Part shown: positions 1 through 13,600 of the stretch, in pieces
Position numbering within the stretch: position 1 is the stretch's first letter
Layout: every line of letters starts with the position of its first letter
Source: Eledone cirrhosa
Lineage: Eukaryota
Length of the DNA: 64,000 bases
Assembly (NCBI GenBank): GCA_964016885.1
Contig: OZ024745.1
Location: 30,628,001 to 30,692,000, forward strand
Direction of reading: 5' to 3'
Notes under the pieces: generated by a model
Seen by the model: the letters and a program-made list of their open reading frames with translations, nothing else
Databases searched by the model: none
Told to the model about the DNA's origin: nothing
Position numbers and translations under genes: made by a program

Positions 1-2706
1 AGGGTGACAATTCACAGATGTGGCATCTGTGTATGAAGAACAACACTTTAACCTCAACAAAGGGTGACAATTCATAGATGTGACATCTGTGTATGAAGAA
101 CAACACTTTAACCTCAACAAAGAGTGACAATTCATAGATGTGACATCTGTGTATGAAGAACAACACTTTAACCTCAACAAAGGGTGACAATTCATAGATG
201 TGACATCTGTGTATGAAGAACAACACTTTAACTTCAACAAAGGTGACAATTCATAGATGTGACATCTGTGTATGAAGAACAACACTTTAACCTTAACAAA
301 CAAAGGGTGACAATTCATAGATGTGACATCTGAGTATGAAGAACAACACTTTAACCTCAACAAAGGGTGACAATTCATAGATGTGACATCTGTGTATGAA
401 GAACAACACTTTAACCTCAACAAAGAGTGACAATTCATAGATGTGACATCTGTGTATGAAGAACAACACTTTAACCTCAACAAAGGGCGACAATTCATAG
501 ATGTGACATCTGTGTATGAAGAACAACACTTTAACCTCAACAAAGGGCGACAATTCATAGATGTGACATCTGTGTATAAAGAACAATACTTTAACCTCAA
601 CAAAGGGTGACAATTCATAGATGTGACATCTGTGTATGAAGAACAACACTTTAACCTCAACAAAGGGCGACAATTCATAGATGTGACATCTGTGTATGAA
701 GAACAACACTTTAACCTTAACAAACAAAGGGAGACAATCCATAGATGTGACATCTGTGTATGAAGAACAACACTTTAACCTCAACAAAGGGCGACAATTC
801 ATAGATGTGACATCTGTGTATGAAGAACAACACTTGAACCTCAACAAACAAAGGGTGACAATTCATAGATGTGACATCTGTGTATGAAGAACAACACTTT
901 AACCTCAACAAAGGGTGACAATTCATAGATGTGACATCTTTGTATGAAGAACAACACTTTAACCTCAACAAACAAAGGGTGACAATTCATAGATGTGACA
1001 TCTGTGTATGAAGAACAACACTTTAACCTCAACAAAGGGCGACAATTCATAGATGTGACATCTGTGTATGAAGAACAACACTTTAACCTCAACAAAGGGT
1101 GACAATTCATAGATGTGACATCTGTGTATGAAGAACAACACTTGAACCTCAACAAACAAAGGGTGACAATTCATAGATGTGACATCTGTGTATGAAGAAC
1201 AACACTTTAACCTCAACAAAGGGCGACAATTCATAGATGTGACATCTGTGTATAAAGAACAACACTTTAACCTCAACAAAGGGTGACAATTCATAGATGT
1301 GACATCTGTGTATGAAGAACAACACTTTAACCTCAACAAAGGGCGACAATTCATAGATGTGACATCTGTGTATGAAGAACAACACTTTAACCTTAACAAA
1401 CAAAGGGAGACAATCCATAGATGTGACATCTGTGTATGAAGAACAACACTTTAACCTCAACAAAGGGCGACAATTCATAGATGTGACATCTGTGTATGAA
1501 GAACAACACTTGAACCTCAACAAACAAAGGGTGACAATTCATAGATGTGACATCTGTGTATGAAGAACAACACTTTAACCTCAACAAAGGGTGACAATTC
1601 ATAGATGTGACATCTTTGTATGAAGAACAACACTTTAACCTCAACAAACAAAGGGTGACAATTCATAGATGTGACATCTGTGTATGAAGAACAACACTTT
1701 AACCTCAACAAAGGGCGACAATTCATAGATGTGACATCTGTGTATGAAGAACAACACTTTAACCTCAACAAAGGGTGACAATTCATAGATGTGACATCTG
1801 TGTATGAAGAACAACACTTTAACTCCAACAAAGGGTGACAATTCACAGATGTGACATCTGTGTATGAAGAACAACACTTTAACCTCAACAAAGGGTGACA
1901 ATTCATAGATGTGACATCTGTGTATGAAGAACAACACTTTAACCTCAACAAAGAGTGACAATTCATAGATGTGACATCTGTGTATGAAGAACAACACTTT
2001 AACCTCAACAAAGCGTGACAATTCATAGATGTGACATCTGTGTATGAAGAACAACACTTTAACTTCAACAAAGGTGACAATTCATAGATGTGACATCTGT
2101 GTATGAAGAACAACACTTTAACCTTAACAAACAAAGGGTGACAATTCATAGATGTGACATCTGAGTATGAAGAACAACACTTTAACCTCAACAAAGGGTG
2201 ACAATTCATAGATGTGACATCTGTGTATGAAGAACAACACTTTAACCTCAACAAAGAGTGACAATTCATAGATGTGACATCTGAGTATGAAGAACAACAC
2301 TTTAACCTCAACAAAGGGTGACAATCTATAGATGTGACATCTGAGTATGAAGAACAACACTTTAACCTCAACAAAGGGTGACAATTCATAGATGTGACAT
2401 CTGTGTATGAAGAACAACACTTTAACCTCAACAAAGGGCGACAATTCATAGATGTGACATCTGTGTATGAAGAACAACACTTTAACCTCAACAAAGGGCG
2501 ACAATTCATAGATGTGACATCTGTGTATGAAGAACAACACTTTAACCTCAACAAAGGGTGACAATTCATAGATGTGACATCTGTGTATGAAGAACAACAC
2601 TTTAACCTCAACAAAGGGCGACAATTCATAGATGTGACATCTGTGTATGAAGAACAACACTTTAACCTCAACAAAGGGCGACAATTCATAGATGTGATAT
2701 CTGAGT
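1..2706. repeat. 60-bp minisatellite (about 44 units, some 64-bp variants), runs off the left edge
   Basis: Unit AGGGTGACAATTCATAGATGTGACATCTGTGTATGAAGAACAACACTTTAACCTCAACAA repeated head-to-tail; +4 (ACAA) variants recur. Confidence 0.98.
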
Positions 2707-2808
2707 ATTCAAATGTAGATTCCAGGCTGGCTTGAGCTTATATATGAGAGCACAAGCCTGGAAAAGGTGCCAGCAGAGCATCATCATTGATTTGATGGAC
2801 CACTGAAG

Positions 2809-2964
<156 letters not shown>

Positions 2965-3121
2965 ATGTGTTTTTTGTTGTTTTTTTGTGTGTGTGTGTTT
3001 GTGCAAGTGTGTACATGTCTATATGTGTGTGTGAGTGTAATTGTGCTTATGTCCCATAATTTAGCAGCGTGATAACAGAGACTAATTGAATAAATACTGA
3101 GGTTATTATAATCTGTTCCAA

Positions 3122-4185
3122 TCCCCTTCAAGATTGTGCTCCAGCATGGCCACAGTAATAACGAAAGTCAGTGAAATATTGTGCCCCAGAATGGCCACAG
3201 TCAAATAATTGAAACCAATAGAATATAGTGCCACAGCATGACCACAATCTAATGACTGAAACAGTAAAATATAGTGCTCCAGCATGACCACAATCTAATG
3301 ATTGAAATCAGTAAAATAGTGCCCCCAAATGGTTGAAGTCTAATGACTGAAACCAGTAAACTATAGTGCTCCATCGTGGTCACAGTCAAATGACTGAAAT
3401 CAGTAAAATACAGTGCTCCAACATGACCACAATCTAATGACTGAAATCAGTAAAGTACAGTGTCTAATGACTTAAACCAGTAAATATAGTTCTCCAGCAC
3501 GGTCACAGTCAAATGACTTCAACCAGTAAATATAGTTCTCCAGCACGGTCACAGTCAAATGACTTAAACCAGTAAATATAGTTCTCCAGCACGGTCACAG
3601 TCAAATGACTTAAACCAGTAAATATAGTTCTCCAGCACGGTCACAGTCAAATGACTTAAACCAGTAAATATAGTTCTCCAGCACGGTCACAGTCAAATGA
3701 CTTAAACCAGTAAATATAGTTCTCCAGCACGGTCACAGTCAAATGACTTAAACCAGTAAATATAGTTCTCCAGCACGGTCACAGTCAAATGACTTAAACC
3801 AGTAAATATAGTTCTCCAGCACGGTCACAGTCAAATGACTTAAACCAGTAAATATAGTTCTCCAGCACGGTCACAGTCAAATGACTTAAACCAGTAAATA
3901 TAGTTCTCCAGCACGGTCACAGTCAAATGACTTAAACCAGTAAATATAGTTCTCCAGCACGGTCACAGTCAAATGACTTAAACCAGTAAATATAGTTCTC
4001 CAGCACGGTCACAGTCAAATGACTTAAACCAGTAAATATAGTTCTCCAGCCACGGTCACAGTCAAATGACTTAAACCAGTAAATATAGTTCTCCAGCACG
4101 GTCACAGTCAAATGACTTAAACCAGTAAATATAGTTCTCCAGCACGGTCACAGACAAATGACTTAAACCAGTAAAAGAATAAATA
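3122..4185 (+). repeat. 46-bp minisatellite, probably amplified from a SINE 3' end
   Basis: Unit AACCAGTAAATATAGTTCTCCAGCACGGTCACAGTCAAATGACTTA; diverged units 3122-3474, near-identical units 3475-4173, ends in AGTAAAAGAATAAA. Confidence 0.9.
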
Positions 4186-4208
4186 AAGATTAACAAGTTT
4201 TATTTACA

Positions 4209-4254
<46 letters not shown>

Positions 4255-7200
4255 GGATTTCATTTATTGGCCACAAGGGCTGACATATAGGGGACAATAC
4301 AAAAGGCTGAGACTGGGGTTTAACAGAAAAATCAAGTAAACAATATGAATAACAATAACAAAGTAACAATAAAGTAACAAGAAAATTACAAGAAAAAATT
4401 CCCCAATAGGGGGGATGACCACCCAGAGTTCGCTCAGGTACCCCACCAATCCTGAACGACCCGACGCTTCGTGAGCACCCGGAAGGGCAACCCTCTCCTC
4501 CTCAAATTTAACTACCTACAGCCGCATGACCAGAGTAGGCCCACTCACACGGGCCATTCTCGCCACATGCACCCATCTTTCAGCAAATGTACTGGGGGGC
4601 AGCACTTCTCTCTCCACCCTCACCTTCCATTCCAAGTGAAACTTGAAAACGTTGATGAGGGATTGGCCGAAGAGAAAAGTGTCTGTCTTCAGTCCTTTCA
4701 ACCTCGTCCACCATACAACCTCTTTCGCTACTGCCACCAGACAGAGGAAAATTGCCTGCCCTTCCTGGCCAAAAGAAGGCGGCGGGTCGATCTTCACTAT
4801 GGACTCGGCCGATAGCCGGATCCGTTCTACACGCGATAACAGCTGTTCAACATAACTCCACAAGTCAGTAATGCACAGACACTGGACGAGTGCGTGCAGA
4901 ACGGTTTCGTCGCTCTGCGCGCATTTCGGGCAGGTCCGTCTGACAGCACTTCCGTGCCTGTAGAGTTTATCTCGAACTAGCAGTGCCCCCCAGGTAGCAC
5001 TACCAAGCGAGGGATTTTTGGAAATTATCCATCGTCCCCGGTTCGAAAGTCTTCCGGTACAGACTGGTTAGTTCGACTTCGTTGACTCCCAGATCCTCTC
5101 CGAGTGCATCGCCGCACTTGCCCACCACTAATCCTCGATAGAACTCGAGAGTGGAAGTTCCACTGACCGCATTGCCCGCCTGGTAGAGGGCAGTGAGTGC
5201 CTGGCAACATTCCACATGCCAGTCACCCAGTCTCGGTCTCTTCTTGACCCAGGATTGCAGCTCAGTCAAAGAAACGAGCTGCGGAAAAGCCCGTCTGATA
5301 AACGGCGACCACACCTGTTCACCGTTTAGGCAGAATATCTGGAGATGCCGCAGCCTCAGCGCGTGCCTGCGCATCATTAGCCACGGCATGCCCAGCCCTC
5401 CACGTAGAGGGTGCTGGCAGCAGATGGACCGCCTCACCAGCGGAACCTGACCCCCCCACAAGAATTTGAAGAGGAGCCGCTCCAAGATGGCGAGGCGCGA
5501 ACGGGGGCAAGGAACGACGGTCAGACGGTAGTAGATGACGGACGCGATGTACGCGTTCGCCACCTCCGCCCGACCTTTCAGTGATAGCTTCATCCCAGCC
5601 CATTTCTGGGTGAGACTGACTACCCTACCTGTCACCTCGTACCAATTCTTATCCACCTGGAGGTCTGGCCCGAACCAAACCCCTAGAAACTTTACCGGTC
5701 CGTCCGTCCAGCGCCTAACGACGCTGTTGGACGGCATGGACTTGCCTCTCCAGTTGCCGAGTTGCAAGCCCACCGACTTTTCCGGGTTAAGTTTTGCTCC
5801 CGTCAACCTTTCATATTCCTCCAATAAGTTGCCGACCACCTCGATTTCTGAGGTGTCCGACACCATCACGGTGATGTCGTCCGCATAAGCCGATACAGCC
5901 TTTCCGCGTCCCGGTTCGAGCGTTATGCCCTGCAACAGCTCCAGCTTCCGCAGTAAAGGCTCGAGAGGGCACCCTTGACGGACCGATCGGGAGACCTGAA
6001 ACGGTTCCGAGAGGTGGCCATTAATTTTGACCATCGAGCAGGTGCCGCTGTGCATTGCAGCGATCCAGCTTCTGAAGACGGGGCCGAAGCCAGCCGCCTT
6101 GAGGACAGCCTCCAGGTACCGATGGTCGACCCTATCGAATGCTTTCGATTGATCTAAATTGATCAGAGCCCCACTGAAGCCAGGTTTACACCCTACCCTC
6201 TCTATGATGTATCGCATTAGGTGGAGGTTGTCGTGTATGGACCTGGTTGGGATTGCGCAAGTTTGCGCCTCCCCAACCAAATCCCCGACGACAAGCGCCA
6301 ACCTCTTCGCTAACACCCTGGCCAAAATCTTAAACTCTGTATTGGGCAGAGTTATGGGCCTGAAATTGTCTAATGTGTCCCTCTTGTTCTCGTCTTTCCT
6401 TATCAGCGTCACTACGCCCCGGCTCACAGAACTGGAAATACTCCCGTTTTGCTGCCAGTTACATTAGAAGGCTTCGAGGAGAATGGAGAACAAGTCTGGC
6501 ATATTTACGTAAAGCTCGTAGGGCAGACCATCCAAACCGGGTGACTTGCGCCTCATGCAGCCGACAAGGGCATCCTGAATCTCGGCTGAAGTAATTGGCC
6601 TTTCGCAGCGCCCAGCGTCAGCCGTAGAGAGTTGCGGCAAGCCATCGAGGTAGGGACTGAAGTCCGCCACCATCTCTGACCCGCCACTTCCCCCGAACAA
6701 CCGAGCAAAATGTTGGCGAAAGGCCTCACACATCCGCTTGGAATCGCTCAGCTCGTGTCCGTCTCGGTCCGTCAAAGATCGAATCGTGGTTTTATTACCA
6801 CGCTGCGCCTCTGCCACGCGGGCCCATCGAACAGCTTTGGTTCCCTCGTTTCTCAGAGCACGCGCCTTAGCTCTGACAATGCAACCTTCGTGTTTCGCAT
6901 TGAAGAAATGGTCTAATTCCATTCTGGCCGCTAGCACGTCAGTTGCAATGCCACTACCAATAGCCTCGTCTAACTTATCTACCAACTTCCCCTCCTTTCT
7001 ATTTTTCTCTAACGCTACTTCTTTGCTAAACTCTATCGACATTACTCTAATCTCTCTTTTGAGAGCCCCCCACCATCTATTGTTGACGACTCCCCCTGTC
7101 AACTTTTTCTTAACTAAATTGTTTACCTGGTCCCTGTAAGCCTTACGTGCCGGAAATGACATGTTTAACTTCCAGTAACCAGGTCCTAACCTACGCGTCT

Positions 7201-8424
7201 TATCTAGGTCGACTATACAGATCACAAACTTGTGATCTGAATAGGCGACCGTTTCAAAACGTGGACAGCTTACACTATTTGTCTATTTTCCTAATGAATA
7301 TCCTGTCTATATACGATCTAGATGACACTATGCGGTTAGCCCAGGTCCACACTGGCGTATTAGGGAAATCTAGTCGGTACCTGTCAGACAGTTGGAACTA
7401 GCTGATCAGGTTCTTGAGGATTTTGCACCCCAGCTCCTATCGGATACTCCCACAGAGTCCCAGCGTGCGTCTAAGATGCCGTTCCAGTAAAGGGCGAGAC
7501 GTGCCCAGAAAGGCTTCCAGGCGTCTAAAGAAGTCCGGCCGTCCTTCCCCAGTAGGGCATAGACGGCCACCAGTCTAAAGGCACCACCTTCGTTATTGTT
7601 CACGTCCAGGACCACCAACTTCCCGTCCGGGTACCGGAAGATCGACCTTACCTCGAGATCCAGGCCTTTCCTAAACAGCACTTCCACCCCACCTCCCATT
7701 CCCGGCCGGCTAACAGATGCAAAGATCTGATAGTCGTAGAAAATGGGGGCTAGTGCGCGCGTGTCGGAAATCCTGGTCTCGCTGACGGCAATTACATCCA
7801 TTTCTAGAGATCTGAGGTCATTGAGCAGGTGACCCTGCTTCCAGGACGATCCCAGGCCTCGAACATTTAAACATCCTACTCTTAATACGGCCATGTTGTT
7901 ATCACTGTCGCTGTTATCATTGTTGTCTTTGTTGCCACTGTTGTTCTCGGTGCAGTTGGTATTGTTGCTGTTGGTGTTGTCGCTATTTGTTTTCATGTTA
8001 GTGGTGTTGATATTGTTGTTGCATTTGTTATTTTTTTTTTGTTACCTGTATTTTCGTTGTCGCTGTTACTGTCATTTTTTTCAAAATTAGAGTTCTCATT
8101 GGTATCTTTGTTTACCTTGTTTGTGGTGGTGTTTGTGTTATCAATTTGTGTTAATTTCGCTGTAGCGCTCCTCTCAACTTCTACGTCGTTGTCGCACGAC
8201 AGCAGACATATCGCTGGGGGGCGTGGCTCAGCCATGTTTTTTTTTCCGTAAATTTTTTAACATGTAAAAAAAGTTCAAATATTTGGGCCAAAAGGCCCAA
8301 ATATTATACTTTCCCCTTCACAGAGCAAAGTCTAAAGGCTTATAACCCTTACACAACAACAAATAATTTTAACAGGCAAATAAAGCGACTTACTGGGAGC
8401 GAGCAAAATACGCCCGCTTAGACC
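4255..8424 (-). mobile_element. Tx1/L1-type LINE copy A, degenerate, most of ORF1 missing
   Basis: Frameshifted ORF2 pieces: APE (MAVLRVGCLNVRGL, ATG at 7894), [34 protein letters not shown]-terminal Cys motif; (TAA)n at 4210-4254 and 8425-8453. Confidence 0.93.
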
Positions 8425-8454
8425 AATAATAATAATAATAATAATAATAATAAT

Positions 8455-9324
8455 TACAGAATCTGGCTAAGAAATGGCAAGAAAAACTTTAACCTATCAG
8501 TGGTTGGCATCCTCTGGACTGAAATCGGAGACTGAAGGACTGATTATATCAGCACAAGATCAGTGTCTGCCAACAAAAAATTACTAAGCCAACATAATAA
8601 AAAATGGATCCAACCCATTATGCCGTGAATGTAAAAAACAACCAGAGACCATTGATCATATAATTTCAATGTGCAGTCCTATAGCTCCAACCGAATACCT
8701 AAACAGGCATGACAGAGCTGCACAATACATACATTGGAAAATGTGTAAGCATTTTGACCTGTCCCATCAAAAGAATTGGTGGGAGCATCAACCACCTCCC
8801 ATACTTGAAAAAGATCACATCTCAATCTTGTGGAACTTTAGCATCCAAACAGACTGAAAAATAGATGCAAATAGACCTGATATAATACTGAAGGACTTTA
8901 AAAAGAGGGCATGCCTGCTAATTGATATGTCCGTTTCAATAGACAAGAATGTATTTATAAAAACATTTGAAAAATTGAGCAAGTATAAGGACCTGGAGAT
9001 AGAAATTGGAAAAATGGGAAAATTGAGAACTAAAACAATACCAGTGGTTGTAGGCGCTCAAGGAATGATACCTAAGGGGTCTAGTGATTACTTATCGCAA
9101 ATCCCAGGAAACCCGCGTATAGGAGAAATACAAAAGATAGTACTAATGGGAACTGCCCATATACTAAGGAAGATTCTGTCAATATAAGTACATCATAAGT
9201 CTAAACACCTAAAGATGCATGTGCGTGTATGTATGTTCTTTCTTGAACATGGCGGACCTTGTTGTCTCACTGGTTGTGACTTGGTGATAACTCGTATGAA
9301 CATAAAGCAAGATAAATGCAACTG
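8455..9324 (+). mobile_element. R4/Dong-clade (restriction-like endonuclease) non-LTR element, 5'-truncated 3' fragment
   Basis: ETEGLIISAQDQ, CxxC...H...C finger (CRECKKQPETIDHIISMC), RHD, NRPDII...IDMS...EKLSKYKDL motifs with stops; (TAA)n on both sides. Confidence 0.88.
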
Positions 9325-9343
9325 TAATAATAATAATAATAAT

Positions 9344-10650
9344 GATTTCTTTATTGGCCACAAGGGCTGACATCAAGAAAAACATTACAGACGGTACAGG
9401 ACGGTACGATGTGGGTTTTGTGCGTATAAAGATTGTTATTATTTATATAAGAAAAGAAAGAAAAAGACATTGAAACATATATATAAACAATAAAATTGAA
9501 AATTGAAACAATGAAAAATTCCCCAATAGGGGGGAAACCTCCGAGGGTTACTCGTGGCGAAAACCACACAAAAGACCACGGCCACCCTGACCACCAGAGC
9601 AAGCGCCCTCTCTCAATTTTTCCATTTCTCAGACTACAGGTGTATATTTAGCGCGGTCCCGTTCACTCGGACCATTCTCGCTACATTCACCCACCTTTCA
9701 ACAAACTTGCTAGAAGGCAGCACTTGCCTCTCCACCCTGATTTTCCTCTTCAAGTGAAACTTGAAATAGTTAATTAGGGATTCGCCGAAGAGGAAAGTGT
9801 GTCTTTAACCCTTTCAACCTTGTCCACCACACAATCTCTTTCGCTATGGCCACCAGGCAGATGAAAACCGCCTGCCCTTCCTCCTCGAATGAAGACGGTG
9901 AGACCATCTGCACAATGGACTCAGTTGATAACCGGATCAGTCCTACATGCGACAGCAACTGTTCGACATAGCTCCACAAGTCAGCAATGCTCGGGCACTG
10001 AACGAGTGCGTGCACGACGGTTTTGTCGCTCTGCGCGCATCTCGGACAGGTTCGGCTGACGGCACTTCCATGCCTGTAGAGCTTATCTTGAACCGACAAC
10101 GCTCCCCTGTAGCACTGCCAGGCCAGGGATTTTTGGAAGTTATCCATAGGCCCTGGGCTGAAAGTTCTCCGGAAGAGAGCAAAGAGCTGATCTTCTTCGA
10201 TGCCCTGGATCTCTCCGAGAACGTCGTCGTTCTTCCCCTCCACTAGTCCTCTATAGAACGCCGAGGTGGATGTTCCACCGATACTGGTGCCCAGCTGGCA
10301 GAGGGCGGTGAGTGCCTGGAGACATTCCAGTTTCCAAGCTATCCCTCGGTCTTTTCCTGACCCAGGACTGCAGCTCTGTCAAGGAGACGAGCTGTGGGAA
10401 AACGCGTCTGCGAACGGCGACCACACCTGTTCACCGTCAAGGAAGCACCAGAGATGTCGCAGCCTCAGCGCATGTTTGCACATCATCAGCCATGGCATGC
10501 CCAGTCCTCCACGCAACGGGTGTTGACAGCAGATGGATCATCTGATCATGGGAGCGCGTCCCTTCCACAAAAAGCGGAAGAGGAGGCGCTCCATTTTGGT
10601 GAAAGTTGGGCCGGGGCAAGGGACGACGGTGAGGCGGTAGCAGATGACGG
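9344..10650 (-). mobile_element. Tx1/L1-type LINE copy B, 5'-truncated (1.3 kb)
   Basis: ORF2 C-terminus (PMDNFQKSLAWQCYRG, CPRC...HALVQC) and 3'UTR; (TAA)n on both sides. Confidence 0.93.
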
Positions 10651-10673
10651 ATAATAATAATAATAATAATAAT

Positions 10674-13600
10674 GGTTTCTTTATTAGCCACAAGGGCTAA
10701 CGTGAAGAAAAACATTACAGATGGCACAGAACGGTACAGCGCGATACAAAGCGGGTTTTGGTTGTGTAAAAAGATAAAAATGTGTAAAAATAAATAAAAA
10801 AAATTCAAACAACAAAAATTCCCCAAAAAGGGGGAAACCTCCGAGGGTCACTCGTGGTGAAAACCACACAAAAACCACGGCCACCCTGACCACCAGGGCA
10901 AGCACTCTCTCTCAGTTCTCCCACTCATCAATCTACAGGTGCATACTCAGAACGGGCCTGTTCACTCGAACCAGATTCCCCACTTTCAGCCACCGCTCAA
11001 CAAACTTACTAGAAGATAGCACTTGCCTCTCCATCCTGACTTTCCTCTTCAAGTGAAATTTGAAAAAGTTAATTAGGGATTCGCCGAAGAGGAAAGTGTC
11101 CGTCTTCAATCCTTTCAACCTTGTCCACCATACAATCTCTTTCACCATGGCCACCAGGCAGATGAAAACTGCCTGCCCTTGCTCCTCCTTAAAGGAGGAC
11201 GGTGGGACTATCTGCACAATGGACTCAGTCGATAACCGGATCAGTCCTACACGTGACAGCAAATGTTCAACATAGCTCCACAAGTCAGCAATGCTCGGAC
11301 ACTGAACGAGTGCGTGTAGGTCGTTTTCGTCGCCCTGTGTGCATCTCGGACAGGTTCGGCTGACGGCACTTCTGTACCTGTAGAGCTTATCTCGAACCGG
11401 CAACGCTCCCCGGTAGCACTGCCAGGCCAGGGATTTCTGGAAGTTGTCCATAGGCCCCCGGGCTGAAAGTTCTCTTGAAGAGAGCGAACAGCTGATCGTC
11501 TTCGACGCCCAGGGTCTCCCTGAGAACGTTGTCACTCTTCCCCTTCACAAGCCCTCTATAGAACGCCGAGGTGGATGTTCCACCAATACTAGTGCCCAGC
11601 TGGTAGAGGGCGGTGAGCGCTTGGAGACATTCTAGCTTCCAAGCGCTTTCCTTCGGTCTTTTCCTGATCCAGGACTGCAGCTCCGTCAAGGAGATGAGCT
11701 AGGGAAAAGCGCGTCTGGCAAACGGCGACCACACCTGTTCACCGTCAAGGAAGCACCAGAGATGTCGCAGCCTCAGTGCATGTTTGCGCATCATCAGCCA
11801 CAGCATGCCCAATCCTCCACGCAACGAGTGTTAGCAGCAGATGGAACGTCTGACCATGGAAGCACGTCCCTTCCACAAAAAGTGGAAGAGAAGGCGCTCC
11901 ATTTTAGTCAGAGTTGGACGGGGGCAAGGTACGACGGTCAGACGGTAGCAGATGACGAACACGATGTACGCATTCGCCACCTCCACCCGACCTTTCAGAG
12001 ACAGCCTCCTCTCAGCCCATTTCTGGAGGTCCGGATCGAACCAGACCCCGAGCAATTTAACCGGTCATTCTGTCCAGTGCTCCACAACGCTGTCGGACGG
12101 CATGGACTTTCCTCTCCACGTGCAGAGTTGCAAGCCAACCGACTTTTCCTGGTTTATCTTTGCTCCTGTCGCTGCTTCGTATTCCTTGAGAGCGGTGCCG
12201 AGCATCTGGACGTGTTTGGTGTTCGACACCACCATGTTGACGTCGTTGGCGTAGGCTGAGACGGATCGCTCGCATCCCAGTTCGCGTGGGAATACCCTCA
12301 TCGTCTCAAATTTGTGCAGTAACGGCTCGAGGGCCAATATGTACAAGAGGGACGAGAGGGGACAACCTTGGCGGACCGAGCTCAAGATGCTGAATGGCTG
12401 CGGCAAGTGACCATTCACCCTCACAATCAAGCAGATGTCGCTGTGCATCGCAGCGAGCCAGCCCCTAAAAACGGGTCCGAAGCCGGCCGCCTCGAGGACC
12501 GCAGCCAGGTACCGATGGTCGACCCTATCAAATGCTTTCGATTGATCCAAGTTGATCACCCTCTCTATGATGTATCGCATGAGATGGAGGTTGTCGTGGA
12601 TGGATCTGTCCGGAATGGCGCATGTCTGCGCCTCTCCCACCAGATCAGTTTGCTAACACCTTTGCCAAAATCTTGAACTCTGCGTTTAGTAGAGTTATGT
12701 GCCTGAAGATGTCTATAACGTCCCCTTGTTCGGGCTCACAAAACTGGGAATGCTCCTGATCTGCTGCCAGTTGCAGTAGACATCTGCCATGAGATCGCCG
12801 AACAAGTCTGGCAATAGGCATAAAGCTCGTAGGACAGACCATCCAAACCTAGCGATTTACCCCCTCATGCAGTCAGACATCACGTATTTCACCTGCTGTT
12901 ATCGGCTTTTCGCAGCACTGCGCTGTGGTCGTCGAGAGCCGCGGCAGTCCGTCGAGGTATGCACCGAAGTCCATACTCCTATCCGGCAAAGTGCTGTTGA
13001 AAAGCCGCACACATCTGCTCGGGTTCGAGCAATATGCGCCCGTTTTGATCAGGCAAAGACCGAATTGTGGACTTGTTGCCACGTCGCGCCTCTACCACCC
13101 GGGCCCATTGAACGGCTTTCGTCCCCTCGTGTCTTAGAGCACGCGCTCTAGCTCTGACAACGCAGCCTTCATGCTTTGCGTTGAAGAATTGGTCGAGTGC
13201 CAATCTCGCCGCAAGCACGTCAGTTGCGATGCCTGTCCTAAACGCCTCTTCTAGCTTTCTAACTATCCCTCCCTCTACTCTATTTTCCTCTATCACTACT
13301 CCTTTGCTAAACTTTATCGATTCTACTCTAATAGCCCTTTTCAGGGTAAACCACCACCTGTTGTTGAAGAAGCACCCGTCAACGCACGCTTAACTAATTC
13401 GCTAATCCGGTATCCGTAAGCTTTGCGCGCCGGGAACGACGCGTTCAGCTTCCAGTAACCGGGCCCTTGACTATGGAGTCTAAGTCAACTTCACAGATCA
13501 CAAATTTGTAGCCTGTGTAGTCGACTACTTTAAATTGTGCACAACCTACACTAGCCTTATCTGTTTCCCTACAGAATACCCTATCTAAATACGATCTGGA

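Noticed and set aside
1-2706. CRISPR array, or a 390-aa Cys-rich repeat protein (1517-2689)
   Set aside because: Units are contiguous with no unique spacers and no cas genes; two frames are open only because the unit is 60 bp, and +4 variants switch frames freely.
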